DNA of 64,000 nt from the human T2T-CHM13v2.0 reference genome, Homo sapiens, in assembly GCF_009914755.1 (NCBI RefSeq), contig NC_060926.1; one strand, given 5' to 3'. The position numbers and the translations under genes are program-made. Under the pieces are notes generated by a model. That model was not told the origin of the DNA and searched no databases. It saw nothing but the letters and a program-made list of their open reading frames with translations. Of this stretch, positions 16,495 through 33,810 are shown piece after piece (position 1 is the first letter of the stretch; every line of letters begins with the position of its first letter).

Positions 16495-16631
16495 ATTTTT
16501 TTTTTTTTTTCAAGAGACGGGGGTTTTGCCATGTTGCCCAGGCTGGTCTCAAACTTCTGAGCTCAAGCAATCCCCCCGCCTCAGCCTCTCAAAGTGCTGG
16601 GATTACGGGTGTGAGCCACCACACCTGGCCT
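16495..16631 (-). mobile_element. FLAM/Alu monomer
   Basis: Single arm with agaagat TSD. Confidence 0.85.
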
Positions 16632-16850
16632 AGAAGATAATATTTTTAAAAGTTAACTCATTTCTATCGTCAACTGCATTCAATAATTTAATTCAACAAA
16701 TAATTTTTAAATGCCTAACTCTATAAACAGTGAGACATCAGTGAAAAGACAAAGATGGACCCCACCTGAATGTACCTTATAGTCTAGCTATGGACAAGTA
16801 ACAGACAATTGCAATATAATTGCACACTAGTTACTTCATAATTCTAGTAA

Positions 16851-17145
<295 letters not shown>

Positions 17146-18153
17146 AAATCTTACTATCATTCAGTCCCTAACTACTGCAAAAATTAGTGTTCATAGCCAT
17201 TTATATTTTATATACTCTAATGACATCTCACTAATTGTCATACCATTTCTCAACAACCAACAGTTGCTCTCCAGAGCAAGGCTGGTGCAATAGCAGCGCG
17301 CTGGGCCCCACCCCCAGCCTTTGCTGCCCAACAGCCTACTGCTACCACCCAGGCAGCGGCCTTCAGTGAGCTCTCCTCTTAAAATGAAAGAACTTACATA
17401 CAAACATGTAAGTGAGAATGGATGTTACAGCAATCAGTAGACAATTTTTAATGCAACTTGCCAGCTACAAGCAAGCATGGGGAAGTAGCTAAATTTGTAG
17501 AGACCCATTCTCAAACAAGGTCTAGTCCTGTTTAGCTCAGATCATTCAGCTTACTTCAGAATTCCATTTAACAAACTCCCCCCAGGGACTGACTAGGACT
17601 CATGAGTTATTTGTGCCTCAGGACATCCATGGGAGCCAGGCCTTCTCTAGTACAGGATCCTCTGTGCTGGCTCCAGGTGAGAGTCCTTTGTTTCACCTTC
17701 CTCCACCCCATGTGCAAGCTAGGGCTTCTTCTTCACTGAGGGGATGCTGGTGATTCAGGTCCTTCCTGGGTTTATGCAGAAAGAGACCCTGGTTCTCTTG
17801 ACCTGCCAAGCTATGTGAAAAAACACTGAACTCAAGCCAGATATTTTACAGTCCTATCTAGAGGACTATAGGAAATTCATTTGACCTCTAAGAGCCAGAG
17901 TTTTCTTCCTAGGGAAATAGAGATTCTGCTACCAGCCCTGCTTTTCCCCCTGGCTGGCTGCAAGGTTCAGGGCCTTGTGAAGCGTACATCCCTGTGTAGA
18001 GAGAGGGAGGGATTCATGCTCACACACTCATCTTCTGCTGGGATGCCTAGTTCCCCTGGCTGTGTGTTCACCTGCATCCTAGAGGCTCCACTGTGGTCAG
18101 GATCAGCTCTAAGTCAGGATACAGTTATATAAGTTATAATTATATAAGTTTAA

Positions 18154-18242
18154 GCTGGTCTCAAACTCCTGACCTCAGGCGATCCACCCACCTCGGCCTC
18201 CCAAAGTGTGGGGATTACAGGTGTGAGCCACAGCACCCAGCC
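18154..18242 (-). mobile_element. Alu 5' fragment (89 bp) at a rearrangement junction
   Basis: gctggtctcaaactcctgacctcagg...cacccagcc, no tail or TSD. Confidence 0.85.
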
Positions 18243-18815
18243 CTAGATGTTTTAAATGGAATATTTGGTGTCCCAAACCTAGATTACAATCTGAAGAAGA
18301 GTAGAAACAGACCTCTGTATAAACCAACGTAAAACTGAAGCCAATCTCAGTTGCTGGGTCAGGGTTGAAATGTCATGATCTCCCAGCTGTGAGCAATGTT
18401 TGAGATAGTCCAGGTTAATCCCTGCCTTTTAGAAAGGAAGAAAGGAAAGCCTGGCCACTAGCTCCACATCACCCCTAAAGGTAATAACAAACCAGGACCC
18501 AGGGCTAATATTTGTTTCTTGAGATTTAAACTTTTTCTGAGTGTGTTTGGATTTTTTATATAAGTTATAATTATAAATATCCTGACATAGATTCTTTCCT
18601 TCACACTCAGCCTCTGTCTTTTACTCGCTTGGGTGATCCCCAAGTCAGAAACTGAGGGTAATGGCTAATATTTGTTTCTTGAGCTTTAGACTTTTTCTAG
18701 TGTGTTTGGATTTTTTACATAAGTTATAATTATAAATATCCTGACGTAGATTCTTTCCTTCACAAAAGCAGAGAACAGCTAAGATCACCCAGTGAGTAAG
18801 AGACAGAGGCTGAGT
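18243..18815. repeat. Locally duplicated, rearranged unique sequence (copy 1)
   Basis: 18243-18503 matches 22573-22819; 18504-18605 repeats at 18664-18764; 18606-18638 is the inverse of 18783-18815. Confidence 0.9.
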
Positions 18816-18931
18816 TACTACACAGTGTGAGGGTGATAGCAAGAGTTGGAAAAAAAAAAGATGGATTTTTTTTTAAACTTCCTTGAAAATAGTGGTAGGA
18901 TACACAATATTGAAGGAGGAGAACAAAGTTA

Positions 18932-19544
<613 letters not shown>

Positions 19545-19602
19545 CTAAATGTAAAACACAAAATGGTAAGACTCTTAGAAAATAACATAGGAGAAAATCT
19601 AG

Positions 19603-19945
<343 letters not shown>

Positions 19946-20347
19946 GGTTATGACTTTTTTGACATGACACCAAAGGCATGATCTATGAAAGAAAACACTG
20001 ATAAGCTAGACTTCATTAAAATTAGAAACTTCTGTTCTGTAAAAAATACTTATGATAATATAAAGAAAAGCCACACACTGGGAGAAAATATTTGCCAAAG
20101 ATGTATTTGATATGGGGCTATTATCCAAAACATAAATAAAACTCTTAAAACTCAACAGTAAGGAAACAAACAACCAATTAAAAATGGGCCAAGACATTAA
20201 GAGAGAGTTCACCGCAAAAGACATACAGGTGGCAAATAAGCATACGAAAGATGCCCCACGACGTATGTCATCAGGAAAATGCAAATTAAATCAACAATGA
20301 GATACCACCTACACACCCTTTAGAACAGCCAAAATCCGGAACACTGA

Positions 20348-20912
20348 TGTAAGGTACCTGGAAGTGCTTCGGTCAAGGAATAGTCTGAGGCGGGTATCCA
20401 GGCCTGCACGAGTCAGCAAGTTTGGCACGCAGGCGCACACCTCCACTTGTTATATAAACTGTTTGTGTAAGTTCATACTTGACTTGGAGCCACAGTTGTC
20501 TGTAAAAGGTATAACTGCCCTGTTAACACTGCGCACCAGACACATGGCTCTGGGGCTCGGCTCGCCTGAAATGGCTTGTCATGGTAGGCGCGCAGGCGCC
20601 CAGAGAAAGAGCGAGCGAGTCAGAGCTGTCCGTCTGAGCCAGGACACAGCTCAGCTCACTCACTCCCAGAGAGAGAAAGAGTTAAGCTGCTCACCCTGAA
20701 GGCAAGGGAGAGCCGGCCACGCAGCTGTGTGTGGGAGCCGCCAGACTAAGCAGCCGAGACAGGGCGGACAGTGTGAGAGAAAGCTGTTGATAAGAGCTGC
20801 TGCTGAATAAAGTCATCTTTCAACTGCCTACAGCCCCCCGAGTGTTCTTTCTGCTCATCCAGCCACTCCCTTCGGACTCAACATAACATGTGGTGTAGTC
20901 ATGAACCTGACA
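20348..20912 (+). mobile_element. LTR18 (ERVL) solo LTR, 565 bp
   Basis: TGTAAGGTAC...gtgcttcggtcaaggaatag start, AATAAA ~20806, ends gaacctgaCA; perfect 5-bp TSD ACTGA (20343-20347 / 20913-20917). Confidence 0.85.
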
Positions 20913-21713
20913 ACTGACAACATCACATGCTGGCAAGGATGTGGAGCAAAAGGAACTCTCATTCATTGCTAATAGGAATGCAAAGCAGTACGGCCACTTT
21001 AAGGATAGATTGGCAATTTCTTACAAAACTAAACATGCTGTTACCATACGATGTAGTAATCATACTCTTTGGTTTTAACCCAAAGAAGTCAAAAATGTAT
21101 GTCCACACAAAAACCTGCACATGGGTGTTTATAGCAGCTTTATTCAAAATTGCCAAAACTTAGAAGCAACCAAGATTTCCTTCAGTAGGAGAACGGATAA
21201 ATGAAACTGTGGTACTTTTAGTCAATGGAATATTACTCAGCACTGAAAAGAAATGAGCTATCAAGCCATGAAAATACATGGAGGAAACTTAAATGCATAT
21301 CACTAAGTGAAAGAAGCCAATTTGAAAAGGCTACATACTGTATGATTCCAACTATATGACAACATGGAAAAGGCAAAACGATGGAAATGGTAGAAAGATC
21401 AGTAGTTGCTAGGGGTTAGGGTGGAGGGAGGTATGAATAGGCAGAGCACAGAAGATTCTTAGGCCAGTGAAAATACTCTGTATGATGGTTTAATGGAAGA
21501 TACATGCCATTATAAATTTGTCCAAACTAACAGAAGGTACAACACCAAGAATAAACCCTAATGTAAACTATGGACTTTGGGTGATAATGATGTGTCAATG
21601 TGGGTTATCAATTGTGACAAATGTACCACTCTGGTGGAAGGGACGTTGATAAGAGGGTGGCTATGTATGTGGGGGGCAGGGAGGATGTGAGATATTTCTG
21701 TATCTTCTGGTTA

Positions 21714-22054
<341 letters not shown>

Positions 22055-22572
22055 TTAAGTTTCTTTAAAAAGAAATACGCAAAGGACAAAGCAGGGGCCC
22101 CTGAAGTTTCATCACTTAGAGCAGTGGTCTCCAAACTACTGTGATCACACAGACCATTAGGAAATAAGTTTGCACACCTTCCTTCAATGCATGTATACTG
22201 TATTTATTTATAATTTTTAAAAAATAATTGTAGAATCATGGGGCTACCTTTTTTTATACAGAGAGTACAGTTGCTAGACAGATAAGGACTGCTATATTTC
22301 TCTTATTCAAAGGGATGTTTTTTCTCTTCTCAAATAAAAACTGACATGAGTCGGGCTAGTTAAGCAATTTCATCTTTTCTCCGGTTACAGATCTGATTTC
22401 ATAAGACACAGTGATCACCTCTTCTCTGACAGGCATTGAAGAGAACACACTAATAAGTCGAGCCACTCTGCAGAACGCCACGGCCCACGTTTTGCTTGCT
22501 TTTTGTTTCCATCTAGACTTCTTTTGTGTTAAATGCCCCTCACACTTTTTCTGCCCACTTGCTCCAAGCATC

Positions 22573-22914
22573 CTAGATGTTTTAAATGGAATATTTGGTG
22601 CCCCAAACCTAGATTACAATCTGAAGAGTAGAAACAGATCTCTGTATGAAGCAACGTAAAAATGAACCCAGTCTCAGGTGCTGGGTCAGGGTTGAAATCT
22701 CGTGATCTCCCAGCTGTGAGAGATGTTTGAGACAGTCCAGGTTAATCCCCGTCTTTTAGAGATGAAGAAAGGGAAGCCTGGCCACTGCCCCTAAAGGTAA
22801 TAACAAACCAGGACCCAGGAGCCACATTCCTCACCTCCCCAAGTCAGAAGCTGAGGGTAATGGCTAATATTTGTGCCTTGAGCTTTAAACTTTTTCTGAA
22901 TGTGTTTGAATTTT
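22573..22914. repeat. Locally duplicated sequence (copy 2)
   Basis: ctagatgttttaaatggaatatttggtg...accaggacccagg shared with 18243-18503, then cccaagtcagaa...gtgtttg shared with 18639-18710. Confidence 0.9.
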
Positions 22915-23225
22915 ATTTATTTATCTATTTATTTATTTATTGAGACAGGGTCTTGCTCTGTTGCCCAGGCTAGAGTACAGTGTACACAATTGTATTTGTG
23001 CCACTGCAGCCTCAAATTCCTAGGCTCAGGAGATCCTCCTGCCTCAGTCTCCCCAGTAGCTAGGACTACAGACATGCAACCACCACTTTCAGCTAATTTT
23101 TTTTGTAGAGATGGGGAGCTTGCTATGTTGCCCAGGCTGGTCTCAAACTCCTGGCCTCAAGCAATCCTTCTGTCTTGGCCTTCCAAAGTGCTGGGATTAC
23201 AGGTGTGAGCCACCATGCGCGGCTT
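22915..23225 (-). mobile_element. AluJ
   Basis: Alu dimer with (TTTA)n tail. Confidence 0.88.
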
Positions 23226-23424
23226 CTTTTTTTTTCTTCCCCCTATGATCAGTTAACAGAGGATAAATGTGTTCTGTTTTATTCTCTCATTTCATCTTCT
23301 CAAGATGTTGTATTTGGCAAATGAGGGAAAAATCAGGCCATGTAGAGGGAAATGACTTCTCTGTAGATGTTCATGAAGTGTGCCTCTGGGTTATAAGTGG
23401 AATCCTAGCACCTAAGTTTCCTAA

Positions 23425-23733
<309 letters not shown>

Positions 23734-23939
23734 CCTAATACCTACTTCTAACAATAAATAGGATATCACTATACATTGCAAGAGCAGAGCTCTGTAATAA
23801 TTAAGGAAGCTGGTGATTTATAAGGAAAGCCTGGTATGTCAGTTACTGCAATTATATACATCTAAGCTTGACATGAAGAAAAGTCTCTGGTCTGGGTGAG
23901 GACAAATCTACTCTTTAATACAACAGAATGGTCTAGCAC

Positions 23940-24690
<751 letters not shown>

Positions 24691-25182
24691 GGAAGATGTG
24701 GCCCACTCATCCTAACTCACTTGGAAATTATTGCTCTGGGACTCCAAAACAACTGATTTAATTTATAAAATCCACCTCAGCCCAACACCATCAACATTTG
24801 AGAGGGACCCAGTTACTGGTCCTTCGTTCAGTTAATAAGTATTGTTCAGAATCTATTGTGTTTTAAACAAGGGAATAAAAATGTTTTTAAATAAAAAATT
24901 CTGTCTCTGATTATTTTTTAGGGTTATGATGGATGATCAGGCACACAGAAGCCCAAGGAGACCTCTGAAGACAAAGCATTCGGTCTAGATGGAGGAAAGA
25001 CTGTCACTAAATGGAGGGAGAAGAGGGAGGTTACGTAGGAGAGAGCAGCAAGAAGATAAACGGGGAAGGGAAGGACCAAAGAAGCTGACATCTCCTGGTA
25101 AACTACTGAAGGATGAATCTGGCTCCTTGGACCCATGGGAGGGAGACCAGCTTGATGGGTTAGTACCAAGGTGAAGGCTTTT

Positions 25183-25478
25183 TTTGGTTTTGTTTTGTTT
25201 TGAGACGGAGCCTCTATCGCCCAGGCTGGAGTGCAGCGGCACGATCTCGGCTCAGTGCAACCTCTGCCTCCCAGGTTCACGCCATTCTCCTGCCTCAGCC
25301 TCCTGAGTAGCTGGGACTATAGGCGCCTGCCACCACGCCCAGCTAATTTTTTGTATTTTTAGTACAGATGAGGTTTTACCGTGTTAGCCAGGATGGTCTT
25401 GATCTCCTGACCTCATCATCTGCCCGCCTTGGCCTCCCAAAGTGCTGGGATTACAGGCGTGAGCCACCGTGCCCGGCC
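25183..25478 (-). mobile_element. AluY
   Basis: ttcacgccattctcc, gtgttagccaggatggtc; TSD aggtgaaggctttt. Confidence 0.94.
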
Positions 25479-25817
25479 GAGGTGAAGGCTTTTGAGGCTG
25501 CTTTGTTTAAGCACCTGCTCTGTCCCTTTCCAACAGGCAGTTGGCTCAACCTATTTGAGCCTAAATCTCCCCGTCTATGAATAGGCTGATAATAGGACTG
25601 CTCTCAAAGAGCCGTGACCAGCAAATGTAATGAGGTTGTTGGTGTTTCCCAGGCTCCATCAGCTGGTGTGGCCACACAGCTATAGCTAGCAAGAAGCACG
25701 CAGTCCACGGGAACTATTATGATTCTAAACACCTTCTGGCAGAACTCAAACTTTTTCTAAGTGATCGCCTCTTAGTCAACGGAAAGGCTGTCCCCTTATA
25801 GACCCTTCCAGTGATGA

Positions 25818-26147
<330 letters not shown>

Positions 26148-26586
26148 TGATGTACTTCAAAGCCAGACTACACACCAATAAAAGAGTTTATATGCTTCGG
26201 CTCATTCCATTGGTGAATGAGGAGAGGTGGAGCAGGAAAGGAGCCTGTTCCTGGGGTGGCGGGCCCAGCAGCTCTCATGGCTGCCTATGCCTCCCTCTGG
26301 CTCAGTTTAAACTCAGCAGGGCTTAATCCCAGGTGCACCATCTCTTTGCTGCGGAGCCAAACAGGTTCCTTCTAAGGGTTCGCTCTGCATCTCTTGCCCT
26401 TCCTAAATCTGGTTGCCTCTTTCCCACCATAACTTGATACTCCAGGCGAAAACAAGGCAAATTGATTGGAAAAAGCTGAGATTGACAAGAATTTAATTTT
26501 CCCTGAGACACCCTTTAAAAAGGGGGCAGGCCAGCGCTTAGAGCTAACGCGGGTTTATTGACTGGTAATTGGTGAATTATCTACAC

Positions 26587-26775
26587 CAGTGGTTCTCAAA
26601 CTTGAGCATACATCACAACCACCTGGAGGGTTGATTCTTACACAGACTGCTGGGCTCCATGTCCAGGGTTTCTAATTCAGCAGGTCTGGGGTGGGGCCTG
26701 AAAATTTGCCTTTCTACCAACCTCCCAGGTGATGCTTATGCTGTTGGTTCCAGGACCATACGTTGAAGACCACTT
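26587..26775. mobile_element. MER5A, full length (189 bp)
   Basis: TIRs cagtggttctcaaa / ttgaagaccactt; internal caggtctggggtggggcctga. Confidence 0.88.
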
Positions 26776-27351
26776 ACTCTACATTTTGGAGAAAGAAACT
26801 AGGAGTTTTCAAAAGCTATAGATTATCATTAAAAAGCCAAATTGAAAGATATTCTCCCTCAACAGCTAATTATAATGGAGGCTAAAAGGAAGCATAAAAT
26901 ATCACTAAATAGGCATCAGATAATCTATGACATCATACTTGATTACAGTACTGGTCCTCATCACCAGTGCATGGTGTTCAGTTTATCGTTTGTGAGTGTG
27001 GTGGTCGTTTCTAATTTTGTTTTTAATTTATAGAGAACTTTGGCATCCAGTATAATATGAGGGCACTTGAATGACCCATTGTTCCAAAACCATCTCCTGT
27101 TTTGAGAGAAATTTCCAGCATCAGAGTCACAAAGTTAGTGACGCTGTGTCTAGATCTACATAGGGAACTAAACAGGGAACCCAGAGTACCTTCTGGCCTT
27201 CTCTCATTGAACTTGGAAGCATTAATTAAATTAGTTGTCAACACTTTGGTGCTGAGACAGTGAGAAGCAAAGCACCACGGGAGAACCATGGCTAAAATCA
27301 GCCTCAAGAAGAAAATGAGACCGGGGAAGCAGCTTGAAGATTTGGGTCTTA

Positions 27352-27635
27352 GGGCTGGGCGTGGTGGCTCACGCCTGTAATCCCAGCACTCTGGGAGGCC
27401 GAGGTGGGCTGATCACCTGATGTCAGGAGTTTGAAACCAGCCTGGCCAACATGTTGAAACCCTGTCTCTACTAAAAACACAAAAATTAGCTGGGTGTGGT
27501 GGCTCATGCCTGTAACCCTAGCTACTTGGGAGGCTGAGGCAGGAGAATCACTTGAGCTTGGGAGGCAGAGGTTGCAGTCAACCAAGATCGCACCACCACC
27601 AAAGTGAAACTCTGTTTCAAAAAAAAAAAAAAAAA
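27352..27635 (+). mobile_element. AluS
   Basis: TSD aagatttggg(g)tcttag. Confidence 0.93.
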
Positions 27636-28821
27636 GATTTGGGGTCTTAGGTGGCTGTCCAAGGACAAAACAGGGAGGGAAATACTGACATAAGGTTACG
27701 GGCGGTATCAGGGCACCTGCTTTCAGGTACCGCCATCTCGATTATCAGAGGGGTTACAAGATGCAAAAGTGAGAGCAAAACAGGTCCTGACTGCTCCAAA
27801 GGGAAATCAGCAGAGTCATTAATGACTTGGCTCCTGACCAGCCCCGTGTGCCCTGTTTAATTCACAAGAGCCTCTCCTCCCTTATGCACTGTCCCAGTTC
27901 TCTTCCCGTACCCAGGAAGGCATGCTTTCTGTGTAGGTCATTGCACAAGGAGACTGGGTCACTTATTTCTGGGAGGATGTGGTGCAGGTCCATGGAGGGG
28001 AAGATCAACAGCTCAAGCTCAGAGAGAAATATGTACCCTGAAATTCGAGATGCCTCGTGCTAATTCCCATGGAGACTGGTGTCAGGTAACTGAGGACAAG
28101 ACCGTAAACACAGTCGCATCTGTCTGACCCTGTTCTGCAGGCAGCATCTAGGGGATTCTCTCTCCCTGGGGCAGCCTCCTTGGGCATAGCAGCCAGCTCT
28201 TGGTATAGAAACCTCACCTGGAAAGGAATATTTCCATTGTGCAGGCTCAAAAGAGGCTTCACAGTGAGCTCAGGGCCTTCCTGGACAGTGATGTCCTCAA
28301 ATTGGGGGGACTGATGAAAGTGTTGGGAAGCAGGATGGGTAACGTTAGGGTGCTCAAACCCAGAAGGCTGAAGGTTACGCCAAGAAAGGCTTTTGAACAT
28401 ATCAAAGAAACTGATTTTTGTAGCCTTCTGCCCATGAGCCAGGCTCTTTGCCTGTGTTGTTTTATCCTCACTACAACCATGTGAAGGTGCAGAAATAGGC
28501 TCAGAACTAAGTCACTTGCCCGAGGTCATCCAGCAGATAGTGACAGAGCCAGGGATCCATTTGACTCAGAGCCCATGCTCCGTCCATCCCACCATGTAGC
28601 CCTCTAAAGGGGAACAGCAATAGGATCTGTAATTCAGGAGGAAAAGGTGATATTCAGGTATTCTCTATTTCTGCAGCATGAGAGCTTTAGGTTAGATGCA
28701 AGTGGGGATTGTTCAAAACAAAAATGGATTGTCTCAGGAAGTTAAAGAACTCCCTTTAGGGGATGATTCGGGAGCATGACCCTGCCCTGAAGTGGAAGAA
28801 TGCAAAGTGAAGGAGGGCCCT

Positions 28822-28837
28822 CCGCCATCTAGGGGCA
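28822..28837 (-). promoter_or_regulatory. Candidate CTCF motif
   Basis: Reverse strand TGCCCCTAGATGGCGG. Confidence 0.35.
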
Positions 28838-29011
28838 GCCCGGAGGAAAACGCATGGATGTGGGGCCCGCACGTGGTTCTGGGGAGTCACAGGACAGGGA
28901 GAGCTGCTAAAGCCCCCCAACCCCACCAAACACACACACACAATCCAAAAGACTAACTGAAAATGTGGGGCCTTTTTTTAAACTTTCTTACTCAAAGGAA
29001 TGAAGCTGTAG

Positions 29012-29455
<444 letters not shown>

Positions 29456-30439
29456 GACCTTCTCAGCAGAAGTCCATCCAACCCTAGGGGTTTGCACCCC
29501 GTGGGCCCTGCCAGGAGGGAGGCAGCTGTATGTTCCCATCTGTGGAGGGCTGGTGTGTCCTGCCACAGAGTCAGGGGTCCTCAGATCATGGGTGCCAGCC
29601 AAGAGTGGAATGATTAGGAGCAAAAGCAAATCTAAACCCTGATAGTCTCGTGGACTTCAGCATCCACAGGTGTCCCCATCTGCAAGCAGTTCACCACCAG
29701 AAATGAGCTCCCTGGGGAGGGGCTCTGTGTGTAATTGGCTCCTCTGAGAGGCTCCCTGCCCCCAGCAACTGCGGGCAATCTCACTTCCTAGGAGCAGAGA
29801 GCTTTGCTCCCCAGTCTGGGTGAACAGTGTCAGTTGCTCAGGGGATATCCTCTTTGACCACCTTGCCTACCCAGTGTCCCAGACACCCTCAGGTGTTCCT
29901 ATTCACCTCCCCTACAACGCTGTCTTTGCATTCAGCCATCTCTGTTTTCCCCAAGCGTCTAAATCCTTTTCATTCTTCAAGGACTAACTGGAAGACACTT
30001 CCTCCCTGAAGCCTCCCAGGCTACCCAGCCCATGAAGATCTCTCTTTCCTGTGAATTTTTCACCTGTCTATACTGCTCATTTGGCCTTCTCTGAGACCTC
30101 AATTCTCCTAACCATTAGGTGCCTTGACTTTTTAGCTGTATCTCTGTACAGATGATTTCGCTTTTTTAAATATTTCCCCCAGCACAGAGCACACTCAGTC
30201 CAGTGAGCACAGCAGACATTCTGATTACCGGGCTGCCTGAGTATGAATTATGGACAAACTTCTTTAAAAAAATTTTTTAGTGGGCCTACATTATATCCTC
30301 TCAGACACAAATGTCCCAGCCTTCACAGGGTCTATCTGTTCATAGAGAGGAAAAAAATAAAACAGAAAACGGAAAGCATTCATAATGCCACCATCCAGAG
30401 TCAACCTGTGCATGCTAGGATATATCCTTCTGCGTGCAT

Positions 30440-30465
30440 ATGTGTGTGTGTGTGTGTGTGTGTGT
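30440..30465. repeat. (TG)n microsatellite
   Basis: ~12 TG units. Confidence 0.95.
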
Positions 30466-30499
30466 AAACAGCCTCATTGAGATTATCATTCACACATAT

Positions 30500-32900
<2,401 letters not shown>

Positions 32901-33036
32901 GTGAGATTCCCAGGAATCAGCAACAGAAGCTCAGTGGTGACTAATGCTCTAGATGTCCCAGGGCTCTAAGTTCTACGTGGAATACCTAAGTCAACAGTGA
33001 ATTTTCAGAAGGGGCAAGTAAAAAATGACAGCCTTA

Positions 33037-33484
33037 GGACGACGGCAGCGGCGGCCCAGCAGGCTCCGCGCATGGGTCCGCGGTGGCTTGGGGTCCGCCC
33101 GCGGGCTGCGGTGCGAGCTGGCAGCCGGCTCCCCTCCTCCCCCGCCGGCCGCCGCCGCTGTGATTGGGCGAAAGATGGCGCTGGGCGGATGGAAATCCTA
33201 ATGACAGTCTCCAAATTCGCCTCCATCTGTACCATGAAGTGGTGAATCATATCGGAAAGATGCTTTAAAAGCAGATTCTCTACTGCACGCTGAGGAACAG
33301 TACAAAAAATGGCTGAAATCAGGTGGACATAAAATCGACAGTATTAAAGAAATCATATTGAAGGATGAATCATTGAAGACTCCATTTCCCAACTGAATGA
33401 TTGTTCTTTCTCACAGTTTACATTTTAGGAGAGCATTGGTATTAAATGGACTATATTAAAATGATTTTCGGGAAAAAAAAAAAA
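33037..33484 (+). pseudogene. USP12: Processed retrocopy of a truncated USP12 transcript (5'UTR + first 16 codons + non-canonical 3' terminal segment + poly(A))
   Basis: ATG 33189 reads MEILMTVSKFASICTM, the recalled USP12 N-terminus (normally continuing GANASALEKE), then diverges to KW* (stop 33243-33245). ATTAAA at 33441 and 33455, A-tail from 33473. TSD aaaaatgacagcctta (33021-33036) / agaaatgacagtctta (33485-33500). Confidence 0.88.
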
Positions 33485-33589
33485 AGAAATGACAGTCTTA
33501 AAGGCAACGAACTTATAACAAATATTCTGTTGGATCAAGTTGATTGAAGCAGGAAAACTTTCTTGGCATGAAAAATCACACCATCAGAG

Positions 33590-33810
33590 GCCAAGAGCAC
33601 AGGCTCCCGAGTTCCAATTCCAGCTCTCTCACTTCCTACTCTCTGGCCTTGGGCCCGTTACTTAGCCTCCCTGTGCCTCAGTTTTTCTATCGACAAAAGG
33701 AAAATGGGTAGAAAGAAAACCTATCTCATAGAGCTGTTGTGGGGAATAATTAAGTTAAAGACATGTAAAGTGCTTAGAACAGTGACTGGCACATATGAAG
33801 CACAATATTA
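33590..33810 (+). mobile_element. MIR
   Basis: ccttgggcccgttacttagcctccctgtgcctcagttt...aaagtgcttagaacagtgactggcaca. Confidence 0.8.
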
